This document shows positions 19,686 to 28,256 of a stretch of 64,000 nt of DNA, piece by piece. The DNA comes from an uncultured Bacteroidota bacterium (GTDB lineage: Bacteria; Bacteroidota; Bacteroidia; UKL13-3). Where the stretch lies: contig CAIYNF010000012.1 of the NCBI GenBank assembly GCA_903927505.1, forward strand, positions 8,941 to 72,940, written 5' to 3'. Positions within the stretch are counted from its first letter, which is position 1; every line of letters starts with the position of its first letter. The translations under genes and the position numbers were made by a program. The notes beneath the pieces were generated by a model, which had not been told where the DNA came from, made no database searches, and saw only the letters and a list, made by a program, of their open reading frames with translations.

Positions 19686-20036
19686 ATGTCAAACCTAAGA
19701 AACAGCGTAAGGCTTATTGGCCATTTGGGACAGAATCCTGAAACACGCACAACTACCTCTGGAAAAAAAGTAGCAAGCTTTTCTCTTGCAACCAACGAAA
19801 CCTTTATCGATGCAAACGGTCAAAAGGTAAGTGAAACAATGTGGCACAGTTTAATTGCCTGGGGCAAACAAGCAGACATTGCCGAAAAGTACCTAGAAAA
19901 AGGCAAGGAAATTTGCATTGATGGAAAAATTGCAACAAGAAATTACGTGGACAAAAATGGCCAAAAGCGCTACGTAACGGAAATTGTGATTGGAGAAATC
20001 TACATGGTTGGGTCTAAAGAAAAGAAAGTAGCTTAA
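19686..20036 (+). CDS. ssb: short single-stranded DNA-binding protein (OB fold only, no acidic C-terminal tip)
   Basis: 116 aa with NSVRLIGHLGQNPE..FSLATNE..WHSLIAWGKQADIAEKYLEKGKEICIDGKI..RNY. Ends ..GSKEKKVA. Confidence 0.85.
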   Translation: MSNLRNSVRLIGHLGQNPETRTTTSGKKVASFSLATNETFIDANGQKVSETMWHSLIAWGKQADIAEKYLEKGKEICIDGKIATRNYVDKNGQKRYVTEIVIGEIYMVGSKEKKVA

Positions 20037-20060
20037 TTACGGCAATCCAATTTGTAGAAA

Positions 20061-20096
20061 AAGACCCTATTCAGAAATGATAGGGTCTTTTATTTT
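20061..20096 (+). terminator. rho-independent terminator after ssb
   Basis: 10-bp stem AAGACCCTAT / ATAGGGTCTT with a 9-nt loop, then TTATTTT. Confidence 0.8.
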
Positions 20097-20155
20097 GTTA
20101 TTTAAATTAACAATATTTGGATAAAAAAAAATACATTTTTTTGTAAGTAATTATA

Positions 20156-20163
20156 TATCTTTG
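20156..20163 (+). promoter_or_regulatory. candidate -7 box TAtcTTTG upstream of recA
   Basis: TATCTTTG lies about 97 nt upstream of the recA ATG. Low-specificity motif. Confidence 0.25.
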
Positions 20164-20259
20164 CATTGCACATGGTAAAACTTGTGGATACAATTCGCCC
20201 AAAAAGCGAAATAAACCAAGTACTTACCCTTAATTTTGAATCAAATAAAAGTAAATAAT

Positions 20260-21291
20260 ATGAGCACAGACGTTAAAGAAAAATTGAAAGCCCTCCAATT
20301 AACGATTGATAAATTGGACAAAACATACGGTAAAGGCACCGTAATGAAAATGAGTGATCAAAAGGTTGTAGATGTGGAAGCACTATCCACCGGATCACTC
20401 TCATTAGATATTGCATTAGGAATAGGCGGTTTGCCTACTGGTAGAATTATTGAAATATACGGACCAGAATCTTCAGGTAAAACCACCTTGTCTATGCATG
20501 CCATTGCAGAAGCGCAAAAAAAAGGTGGTATTGCAGCATTTATTGATGCAGAGCATGCCTTTGATAGAAACTATGCAGAGAAATTGGGTATTGACATAGA
20601 GAACCTAATTATTTCTCAGCCAGACGACGGGGAGCAAGCTTTAGAAATTGCAGATGCTTTAATCCGTTCTGGTGCAATTGATATTATTGTAATTGACTCC
20701 GTTGCGGCATTGGTGCCTAAAGCAGAACTAGAAGGTGATATGGGCGATAGCAAAATGGGCTTACAAGCGCGTTTGATGAGTCAAGCCTTAAGAAAACTTA
20801 CAGGTACAATTAATAAAACAGGTTGTATTTGTATTTTCATCAACCAATTGCGTGATAAAATTGGGGTAATGTTCGGTAGCCCAGAAACTACTACAGGCGG
20901 TAATGCCCTAAAGTTTTATTCTTCTGTTCGTTTAGACATTAGAAGAATTGGTCAGATCAAAGATGGTTTGGATATAGTTGGAAACCGTACCAAGGTTAAG
21001 GTGGCAAAAAATAAAGTTGCTCCACCATTCAGAACAGTTGAATTTGACATCATCTATGGAGAAGGTATTTCTAAATTAGGTGAAATCATCGACCTAGGTG
21101 TAGACTTAGAAATCATTAAAAAATCAGGTTCTTGGTTCAGCTATAATGAAACCAAGCTTGGACAAGGTAGAGATGCTGTTAAACAACTACTAACTGATAA
21201 CCCAGAATTAAGTCAAGAAATTGAAGGCTTAATTAGAACTAAATCTAATGGAGGTGAAATCTTCAAAGGGAAGCCTGGAGAAGCAGAATAA
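20260..21291 (+). CDS. recA: recombinase RecA
   Basis: Walker [10 protein letters not shown], and the FIDAEHA and [10 protein letters not shown] motifs. The track start at 20236 is TTG; the first ATG is 20260 (MSTDVKEK). Confidence 0.97.
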   Translation: MSTDVKEKLKALQLTIDKLDKTYGKGTVMKMSDQKVVDVEALSTGSLSLDIALGIGGLPTGRIIEIYGPESSGKTTLSMHAIAEAQKKGGIAAFIDAEHAFDRNYAEKLGIDIENLIISQPDDGEQALEIADALIRSGAIDIIVIDSVAALVPKAELEGDMGDSKMGLQARLMSQALRKLTGTINKTGCICIFINQLRDKIGVMFGSPETTTGGNALKFYSSVRLDIRRIGQIKDGLDIVGNRTKVKVAKNKVAPPFRTVEFDIIYGEGISKLGEIIDLGVDLEIIKKSGSWFSYNETKLGQGRDAVKQLLTDNPELSQEIEGLIRTKSNGGEIFKGKPGEAE

Positions 21292-21313
21292 AGATTTGAG
21301 AAATTGATTCCAT

Positions 21314-21347
21314 AAAAAAAGCCGCGCTTATTAGCACGGCTTTTTTT
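21314..21347. terminator. bidirectional terminator between convergent recA and yceI-like gene
   Basis: A7 run, imperfect stem GCCGCGC / GCACGGC with loop TTATTA, then T7 run. Confidence 0.6.
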
Positions 21348-21368
21348 ATGTTTAAGCTATTTTAAATA

Positions 21369-21914
21369 TTACTTCCGTGGCATTAAAACTACGTCCACTG
21401 TTACATCAATTGACTCTGCAATTTTTGAAGTTACAATTGTTGGAATTTCAATTTTATGGTCCACATTTTTTACAGCAAAAGATGATTTCAATTGAACAGT
21501 TCCCTCCTTTACAATAACAACACCACTTATTGTTCTTTCAACTTCTACGCCGTGAATATTCAACTTACCTGTTACGGTAACTTTATACTCGCCATCCTTA
21601 GTTAAATCAACGTTTTCATTAATCTTACCTTTAAAGAAACTCTTGGGGAATTTTTCACTTTCAACATATTTCTCATTGAAATGTTCCCCCATTAATTTGT
21701 TCTGGAATTTAAATTCTGTATTTACCATACTAAATGCCAACTCACGTGTACCAATATTCATTACACATAAAACTGAATTGCATTTAGCATCTATATCTTC
21801 CATAGGTGTTTTAGAGAAAAAACTTACTGTTCCTGTTGAGGTTGAATACAATTGTGCTTTTAAAGACACGGCGCTAATCAATGCAAAAAACACTGCTATT
21901 AAAATCTTTTTCAT
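21369..21914 (-). CDS. YceI-family (polyisoprenoid-binding-like) periplasmic protein
   Basis: Signal peptide MKKILIAVFFALISAVSLKAQ. The track start at 22004 is TTG and overlaps the upstream gene. Body shows the YceI-like pattern (GTVSFFSKTPMEDIDAK..KVTVTGKLNIHGVEVE). Confidence 0.8.
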   Translation of the reverse strand: MKKILIAVFFALISAVSLKAQLYSTSTGTVSFFSKTPMEDIDAKCNSVLCVMNIGTRELAFSMVNTEFKFQNKLMGEHFNEKYVESEKFPKSFFKGKINENVDLTKDGEYKVTVTGKLNIHGVEVERTISGVVIVKEGTVQLKSSFAVKNVDHKIEIPTIVTSKIAESIDVTVDVVLMPRK

Positions 21915-21972
21915 TCTTGTTTTATTTATTTTTTTTAATAAGTCAACTATTGTGCCAAAGGAAGTAATCCAA

Positions 21973-22884
21973 TTAACTCCCCTTCTTGGTATTGCTATGG
22001 TCAAACGAGAATGCCCTACTAATATTAAAGCCCAATCTAATTCCCATATCCTGCCAACGGGTATCTGTATTCCGCACCATTTGCTGCTCTAGCATTCCTA
22101 AGCCATTGCAGAACATCAATTGAAACACATGTCCTCCCGTTTCAATATCAAAACCTAAAGCCAAATAATCATAGTAAGAGGTGCCTGAAGCAGACTTTAA
22201 ATCTCTTCCGGTTATTCGCGGATAGGCTTCAAAATTAAACCTAAAACTTCTATTCAATTTGATACTTCCTCCAATACCCACTGCAAAAGTTGTATTCGGA
22301 TCGTTTTTAAGGCGAACCAAATTTTGATGTACCAAACAAGGTGCAATTTGCAAACTTAACCTGTCGCCAAATTTACGCGCAATGGTTAATTGATGAAAAT
22401 AACTCATGCGTGAAGTAAAATAATTATTGCGGGTTTCATCGGCCCAATGCTCTCCATTTACAGCCATATTCGCGTAATAACCTAAGCTAATTGGCATGCC
22501 ACCTTTACCTTTGCTCTGACGTAAAATTTTAATTTTCAAATTTCCATCACAAGTCTTTCCGGTAGTTGTGCGGGCAAAACCCAATTGAATTCTATCGGTA
22601 ATGCCATAATCAAAAACCAAACGCATATTGGCTTGATCCAAACCATACAAAGTATAAGCGCCATCATTTACCGAACCAAATCTGTGAAGTATAACAAAAT
22701 TTAAATGCTTTGCACCAATATGCTCAATGCTTTGACCAGTAATTAATCTGGTAGCTTTAAAGGTAGCAAAAACAGGAACGGGCTTTGTTGGATTTTCATT
22801 GTCTAACATGTTTAATAAATCATCCTGTGCTTTTGCGCTTTGAAAAAAAGCGATGCATAATAAAAGTGTAATTAACTTTTTCAT
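21973..22884 (-). CDS. DUF5777-like outer-membrane beta-barrel protein
   Basis: Signal peptide MKKLITLLLCIAFFQSAKAQ; the track start at 22905 is GTG. TRLITGQSIEH..NFVILHRFG..RLVFDYGITDRIQLGFART resembles the DUF5777 family as I recall it. Confidence 0.6.
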   Translation of the reverse strand: MKKLITLLLCIAFFQSAKAQDDLLNMLDNENPTKPVPVFATFKATRLITGQSIEHIGAKHLNFVILHRFGSVNDGAYTLYGLDQANMRLVFDYGITDRIQLGFARTTTGKTCDGNLKIKILRQSKGKGGMPISLGYYANMAVNGEHWADETRNNYFTSRMSYFHQLTIARKFGDRLSLQIAPCLVHQNLVRLKNDPNTTFAVGIGGSIKLNRSFRFNFEAYPRITGRDLKSASGTSYYDYLALGFDIETGGHVFQLMFCNGLGMLEQQMVRNTDTRWQDMGIRLGFNISRAFSFDHSNTKKGS

Positions 22885-22888
22885 ATCC

Positions 22889-23236
22889 TTAATTATTAAA
22901 TGCACCTGCTGATATCCAATTTTTTAATTTATTTATTTCCAATACACTCAATGCGCCAGAGGTTGGCATTGTTTTTAGCGTTACTGCTCTTGCTTCTACC
23001 CTTGCAATGTTTGTCTTCACCAATGCATAAGTTGATAAGTCTGGGGCTTGCGCACCGCTTATATGACAGCCTGCACTGGCGCACTTGGTATCAATAATTG
23101 GCTTAACATCTGCAGCAAAAGTGTAAGTATTGTTATCCTTTACAAAGCTGTTTGGATACAATTCCTCCTCGGTGTCTTTGTAGCATGCCGTAAGGCTAAT
23201 GCTAATTAACAATAAGCCCATAATTCTTTTTAACAT
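22889..23236 (-). CDS. small lipoprotein with cytochrome-c-like Cx4CH motif
   Basis: Lipobox-like LTAC. IIDTKCASAGCHISG..MP..L..I..L..WI..GA resembles Bacteroidota/Planctomycete cytochrome-c-like domains, but with four residues between the Cys. Confidence 0.6.
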   Translation of the reverse strand: MLKRIMGLLLISISLTACYKDTEEELYPNSFVKDNNTYTFAADVKPIIDTKCASAGCHISGAQAPDLSTYALVKTNIARVEARAVTLKTMPTSGALSVLEINKLKNWISAGAFNN

Positions 23237-23251
23237 GAGTATTTTAATATT

Positions 23252-23728
23252 TTAGTTGACAATTATTTTAGCTGAACTTACGCCATGACAACTATTACAG
23301 CTTCCGCCTGTAAAAGCTGGCGCCATATACTTGGTAGTATTTCCAACTGTTACAGTAACATAACAGCCACCATTAAAATCAACAATTTGGTTGGTGTAAA
23401 AATTGCCTTTTAAATCGCTTACCAAACGCTTAATTAATTTCCCTTGCTTGTTTGGCAACTCCCACAATTCAATAACAGCATTCTTCTGTGCTCTGTTTTG
23501 ACTCGAAAATATAGTTCCAGATACTGTCCACCATTTATCAGAGCCAGGAGACTCTTCGCCTGGACTATTATTATTATTATGGCAAGAACCACAATTTTCT
23601 CCTGCTTCATGACTTTCTTCTTTCGTTGAACTTTCCTGTGGATTTTTGGTTAATTCATCGTAATGAGAACAAGATACCAATACCACAGTTATAAAAAATA
23701 AAAGAGGTAAAATTTGACGACGTAACAT
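23252..23728 (-). CDS. lipoprotein with two CxxCH heme-c attachment motifs flanking a beta-sandwich-like segment
   Basis: First ATG at 23728 ([20 protein letters not shown], lipobox-like); the track start at 23761 is TTG. Motifs CGSCH and CNSCH. Confidence 0.6.
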   Translation of the reverse strand: MLRRQILPLLFFITVVLVSCSHYDELTKNPQESSTKEESHEAGENCGSCHNNNNSPGEESPGSDKWWTVSGTIFSSQNRAQKNAVIELWELPNKQGKLIKRLVSDLKGNFYTNQIVDFNGGCYVTVTVGNTTKYMAPAFTGGSCNSCHGVSSAKIIVN

Positions 23729-23831
23729 TTTAATTTTTATTATTGAATTTGAGTCCGACAAGCAAAAATCAGATGCCTAGAATGCAGCCCAAAGGTACCT
23801 GATTTATTAGGCTTTACAAATTAAATAACTA

Positions 23832-24560
23832 TTAAAACTCACTCGCCTTTATAAAGAGCTCAAGCTCCTTATTTCCTGAGTTACGCAAATCATCCTTAGT
23901 ACCTTCCCAAAGGCTCTTCCCTTGATAAATAAATACAATGTGATCACCCATGTCAAACACACTCTTAATATCATGAGAATTTACTATGGTGGTAATTCCA
24001 TACTCCTCCGTAATCTCCATAATTAATGCATCTATAACCCTAGATGTTAATGGATCCAAACCACTGTTTGGTTCGTCACAAAAAAGGTATTTTGGGTTCA
24101 TTGCAATAGACCTGGCAATGCCCACCCTCTTTTTCATTCCGCCACTTATATTGGAAGGGAATAACTTATTTACATTCTCTAATTTTACGCGCTTCAAGCA
24201 AAAATTAACCCTATCCAAGATTTCACTATTACTAAAATCAGTAAACATGCGCAAAGGGAAGGCAACATTGTCTTCTACACTCAATGAATCAAACAAAGCG
24301 CCTCCTTGAAACAACATACCTATTTCTTGTCGTAACTCTTTCTTTTTATAGTAATCTAAATTCAAAAAATCTCTGCCATCAAAATCTATAACTCCGCTGT
24401 CTTGCGAGAGTAAACCAACCATACATTTCATTAGTACACTTTTCCCTCCCCCACTGGCACCAATCACAAAACTACATTTACCTTTATTGAAGGTAGCATT
24501 CACATTTTGTAAAACTGGCCTGCCATTAAACGATTTACTAATATCTTTTAAAGCTATCAT
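23832..24560 (-). CDS. mlaF: ABC transporter ATP-binding protein (MlaF-like)
   Basis: Walker A GASGGGKS, signature ISGGMKKR, Walker B LFCDEPNSGLD. Its start overlaps the stop of the permease gene (TAATG). Confidence 0.85.
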   Translation of the reverse strand: MIALKDISKSFNGRPVLQNVNATFNKGKCSFVIGASGGGKSVLMKCMVGLLSQDSGVIDFDGRDFLNLDYYKKKELRQEIGMLFQGGALFDSLSVEDNVAFPLRMFTDFSNSEILDRVNFCLKRVKLENVNKLFPSNISGGMKKRVGIARSIAMNPKYLFCDEPNSGLDPLTSRVIDALIMEITEEYGITTIVNSHDIKSVFDMGDHIVFIYQGKSLWEGTKDDLRNSGNKELELFIKASEF

Positions 24561-25300
24561 TAGTACAACATTATTTGGGTTAATATATAATCAAAGAAAA
24601 TAATGGCAATGCAACTTTGCACTACTGCTTTGGTACTGGCCGAACCAACCTCCAAGGCACCACCTTCGGTTTGATAACCATTATAAGAAGAGATGGTGGC
24701 AATTAAAAATGCAGAGGTTACCGCTTTGGTTAATGAATGGGTAATAAAAAATGAATTGAAGTCCATTCGCAAGCCTTGCACATAGGTATCAACCGAAACC
24801 ATTTCAGAAAAATAACAAGAAATTGCACCACCTACATTTGCTAAAAACATGCTATAGGTTACCAATGCTGGTACAGCAAATAAGGCTGCAAATATTTTAG
24901 GCAACGCAACATAACTTGCTGCATTTACACCCATTATTTCTAAGGCATCTATTTGTTCACTCACCTTCATGGTGCCTATTTCAGAGGCTATGTTCGACCC
25001 AATTTTTCCTGCCATTACCAAGGCAGTAATGGTTGGCGAAAACTCTAAAATATTGGCATCTCTTACAATCCTCCCTAAAATAGTCATTGGAACCAAACTT
25101 CCCTGCAACTGACTACCAAATTGAATTACCGCAACTGCGCCTATAAACATTGAAATAATAGAAACAATTAAAAATGAATCATTCCCCATTTTATAAACTT
25201 CAGTGAAAAACGCGCGCCAAAACATGCGCCATTTATCAGGTTTGCGAAAGCAAGCCCTTAAGAAAAGTATATACCTCCCAAATTGTTCCAAAAACTTCAT
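24560..25300 (-). CDS. mlaE: MlaE-family ABC transporter permease
   Basis: 246-aa polytopic protein with EQIDALEIMGVN, typical of MlaE/YrbE permeases. Confidence 0.85.
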   Translation of the reverse strand: MKFLEQFGRYILFLRACFRKPDKWRMFWRAFFTEVYKMGNDSFLIVSIISMFIGAVAVIQFGSQLQGSLVPMTILGRIVRDANILEFSPTITALVMAGKIGSNIASEIGTMKVSEQIDALEIMGVNAASYVALPKIFAALFAVPALVTYSMFLANVGGAISCYFSEMVSVDTYVQGLRMDFNSFFITHSLTKAVTSAFLIATISSYNGYQTEGGALEVGSASTKAVVQSCIAIIFFDYILTQIMLY

Positions 25301-25441
25301 CTCAACTGTTTGTTTTTATTCGTAATAAATCCGAGGTAAATATAGTTTATTCCCAAATAACCGCAAACGCCAAGGTGTCTGAACGCCGAAATCATAAATT
25401 TTTCTGAAGTTTACACTCAAAAGCAATAATTTCGCTCTACC

Positions 25442-26164
25442 ATGAAGAAGCAAAATTCAAAGCCAAGTATTCTTGTGAGTGGCTGCACAAAAGGAATAGG
25501 ACTTGCAATTGTTCAAAAATTTGCAAATGAAGGTTTCAATGTTGCCGGATGTTCTCGTAACGAAAAAGACCTTAAAAAACTATTTGCCAAACTCAGCGCA
25601 AAATTCCCCAAGCAAAGATTTTTCATGGAGGTATGTGATGTGGCTAACACTAAATTATTAAAGATCTTTGCCAAAGATGTAATAAAAGAATTTGGTAAAA
25701 TTGATGTTTTAGTAAACAATGCCGGAACCTTCATGCCTGGAAGTATCATTAAGGAAGAAGAAGGCGCCTTTGAAAAACAATGGTTAACAAATGTGAGCAG
25801 TGCCTACCACCTCTGCAGAATGATTGTTCCTCAAATGATAAAACAAAAAAGTGGCCATGTTTTTAATATCTGTTCTACAGCAAGTATTACCGCCTATACA
25901 AATGGCGGCTCATACAGCATTAGCAAACACGCTATGCTTGGCATGAACAATGTTTTGAGGGAAGAATTAAAAAGTAAAAATGTTAAAGTTACGGCAATTT
26001 TACCCGGAGCTACACATACAGAAAGTTGGAAAAATTCTGACCTTCCAAAAGAAAGGTTTATGCCTGCAGAAGATATTGCAATGATGGTTTTCAACGCCTA
26101 TTCACTTTCACCACAAAGCAATGTGGAAGAAATTCTAATTAGACCCCAATTAGGCGATATTTAA
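25442..26164 (+). CDS. SDR-family oxidoreductase
   Basis: SGCTKGIGLAI (TGxxxGIG-like), NNAG, and the YSISK catalytic motif. Confidence 0.85.
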   Translation: MKKQNSKPSILVSGCTKGIGLAIVQKFANEGFNVAGCSRNEKDLKKLFAKLSAKFPKQRFFMEVCDVANTKLLKIFAKDVIKEFGKIDVLVNNAGTFMPGSIIKEEEGAFEKQWLTNVSSAYHLCRMIVPQMIKQKSGHVFNICSTASITAYTNGGSYSISKHAMLGMNNVLREELKSKNVKVTAILPGATHTESWKNSDLPKERFMPAEDIAMMVFNAYSLSPQSNVEEILIRPQLGDI

Positions 26165-26205
26165 TTACCCTAGAACATTTACGCCGTTTTATTCGTTATA
26201 CAAAT

Positions 26206-28173
26206 ATGACTCACACACCTCTTTTTGTTGAAAGTCTTACCGACTTTAGAAGAAGGAAAACCAATACGGTTTCTATAGGCCATCTTAAATTGGGAAGTGA
26301 TTTCCCTATTCGCATACAAAGTATGACCACCACAGACACCATGAATACCGTGGCTTCTGTTGAGCAAATTATCAGAATGGTGGATGCCGGATGCGAGTTG
26401 GTTCGACTTACAGCCCCCAGTATTAATGAAGCAGAGAACTTAGCTGCTATTAAAAAAGAATTACAAAAGAGAGGATGCCATGTTCCCCTTGTTGCAGATA
26501 TTCATTTTACGCCCAATGCCGCCGAAATGGCAGCCAGAATTGTAGAAAAAGTAAGGATCAATCCCGGCAATTATGCAGATAAAAAGAAGTTTCAAATTCT
26601 TGAATATACAGACCAAGATTATGCTTCTGAATTGGATCGAATCAGAGAAAAATTTATTCCCCTATTAAATATTTGCAAAGAATACGGAACCGCGCTGCGC
26701 ATTGGAACCAACCATGGTAGTTTAAGTGATCGTATTTTAAGCAGGTATGGCGATACGCCTTTAGGAATGGTTGAATCTGCTATGGAATTCTTAAGAATTG
26801 CCGAAGACCAAGGATTTCATAATTTGGTTTTATCCATGAAAGCAAGCAACCCGCAGGTAATGGTGCAAGCCTATCGCTTATTGGTTCAAACCATGAACGA
26901 AAATAACATGCACTATCCTTTGCACCTGGGCGTAACAGAAGCTGGAGATGGCGACGATGGAAGAATCAAATCTGCATTAGGAATTGGCGCTTTATTAGAA
27001 GATGGAATTGGCGACACCATCAGAGTTTCTCTTACTGAAGACCCAGAATTTGAAGTGCCTGTTGCCAAACAATTGGTGGCACGTTATGAAAACAGAGCTA
27101 CCAATAATGAAAAAGAAATTACTCCTATCAGTAATTTCTTTAAAGTAAATTCTGAACTTTTTTATAGCTACAAAAAAAGAGATTGCACTGCAATTGCAAA
27201 CTTTGGAGGCAAAAACGTACCAAGGGTAATTGCAAACTTCTCCAACAAAGAATTACAAATAGAAGATTTAGCGCAAATTGGATATTCCTATGCGGCAGAA
27301 ACCGACAAATGGAACATGAGTGAGCTAGGCGCAGATTATGTTTTTTTAGGAAACCAGCAACCTAAATTCATGCTACCCATTGGTCTTAAGGCCATTTACG
27401 AACCAAACACTTGGAATAATTTATCAGACAAAAGCAATGCCTTTCCATTATTTAATGCCGGTAATTTTAACACAAGTACAGCATTTTCAAGTTCCCTCAA
27501 TTTCCTTTTGCTGAGCACAACAGAAATTTGGGAAGAAGAAATTTTCAATAAAATTATTGAACAAAAAAACTTTGTCTTAATTATTCAATCCAGCCATAAA
27601 AATTCATTGCCAGATTTAAGAAACACCCTCGGTTTATTGGCGGAGAAAAACATTTCAATTCCGGTGGTTTATGGCTTAAATTATGAAATCCAATCCAATA
27701 CAAATACTGCTATTGAAATAAACATGCTTTATAGTAGCACCGATTGCGGCAGCCTATTAATTGATGGCTTTGGAGATGGAATATTTTTCTTAGATGAAAA
27801 TTTGCCGCAAAAAAGACTGAACGATATCGCTTTTGGAATTTTACAGGCAGCCAGAACACGCATAAGCAAAACAGAATACATTAGTTGCCCAAGTTGTGGA
27901 AGAACCTTATTTGATTTACAAGAAACAACCGCCCTCATTAGAAAAAGAACAGACCACCTAAAAGGAATAAAAATTGCAATTATGGGTTGTATTGTAAATG
28001 GGCCTGGCGAAATGGCAGATGCGCATTATGGCTATGTTGGATCGGGACCAGGAAAAATAACGCTTTACAAAGGTAAAGAAGTTGTAAAAAAATCTGTAGA
28101 AGCTGCCCAGGCTGTTGACCTATTGATAGACTTGATAAGAGAAGACGGCAATTGGGTGGAAATTTCAAATTAA
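26206..28173 (+). CDS. ispG: 4-hydroxy-3-methylbut-2-en-1-yl diphosphate synthase, long form with inserted domain
   Basis: N-terminal TIM-barrel part (IRIQSMTTTDT..VADIHF..RINPGN) and C-terminal 4Fe-4S part (CPSCGRT..GCIVNGPGE), separated by an insert of about 270 aa. Confidence 0.93.
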   Translation: MTHTPLFVESLTDFRRRKTNTVSIGHLKLGSDFPIRIQSMTTTDTMNTVASVEQIIRMVDAGCELVRLTAPSINEAENLAAIKKELQKRGCHVPLVADIHFTPNAAEMAARIVEKVRINPGNYADKKKFQILEYTDQDYASELDRIREKFIPLLNICKEYGTALRIGTNHGSLSDRILSRYGDTPLGMVESAMEFLRIAEDQGFHNLVLSMKASNPQVMVQAYRLLVQTMNENNMHYPLHLGVTEAGDGDDGRIKSALGIGALLEDGIGDTIRVSLTEDPEFEVPVAKQLVARYENRATNNEKEITPISNFFKVNSELFYSYKKRDCTAIANFGGKNVPRVIANFSNKELQIEDLAQIGYSYAAETDKWNMSELGADYVFLGNQQPKFMLPIGLKAIYEPNTWNNLSDKSNAFPLFNAGNFNTSTAFSSSLNFLLLSTTEIWEEEIFNKIIEQKNFVLIIQSSHKNSLPDLRNTLGLLAEKNISIPVVYGLNYEIQSNTNTAIEINMLYSSTDCGSLLIDGFGDGIFFLDENLPQKRLNDIAFGILQAARTRISKTEYISCPSCGRTLFDLQETTALIRKRTDHLKGIKIAIMGCIVNGPGEMADAHYGYVGSGPGKITLYKGKEVVKKSVEAAQAVDLLIDLIREDGNWVEISN

Positions 28174-28256
28174 TACAACTATTTTTAAAAGATTATTGTC
28201 TAACTTGCATATTATTAAGAAATATATAAATTCGAAACCTCAAAAAAATCATAAAA

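Noticed and set aside
26206-28173. Insertion of about 270 aa in the middle of IspG
   Set aside because: The long, three-domain IspG form is the normal type in Bacteroidota, Chlamydiae and plants. It is not a novelty.
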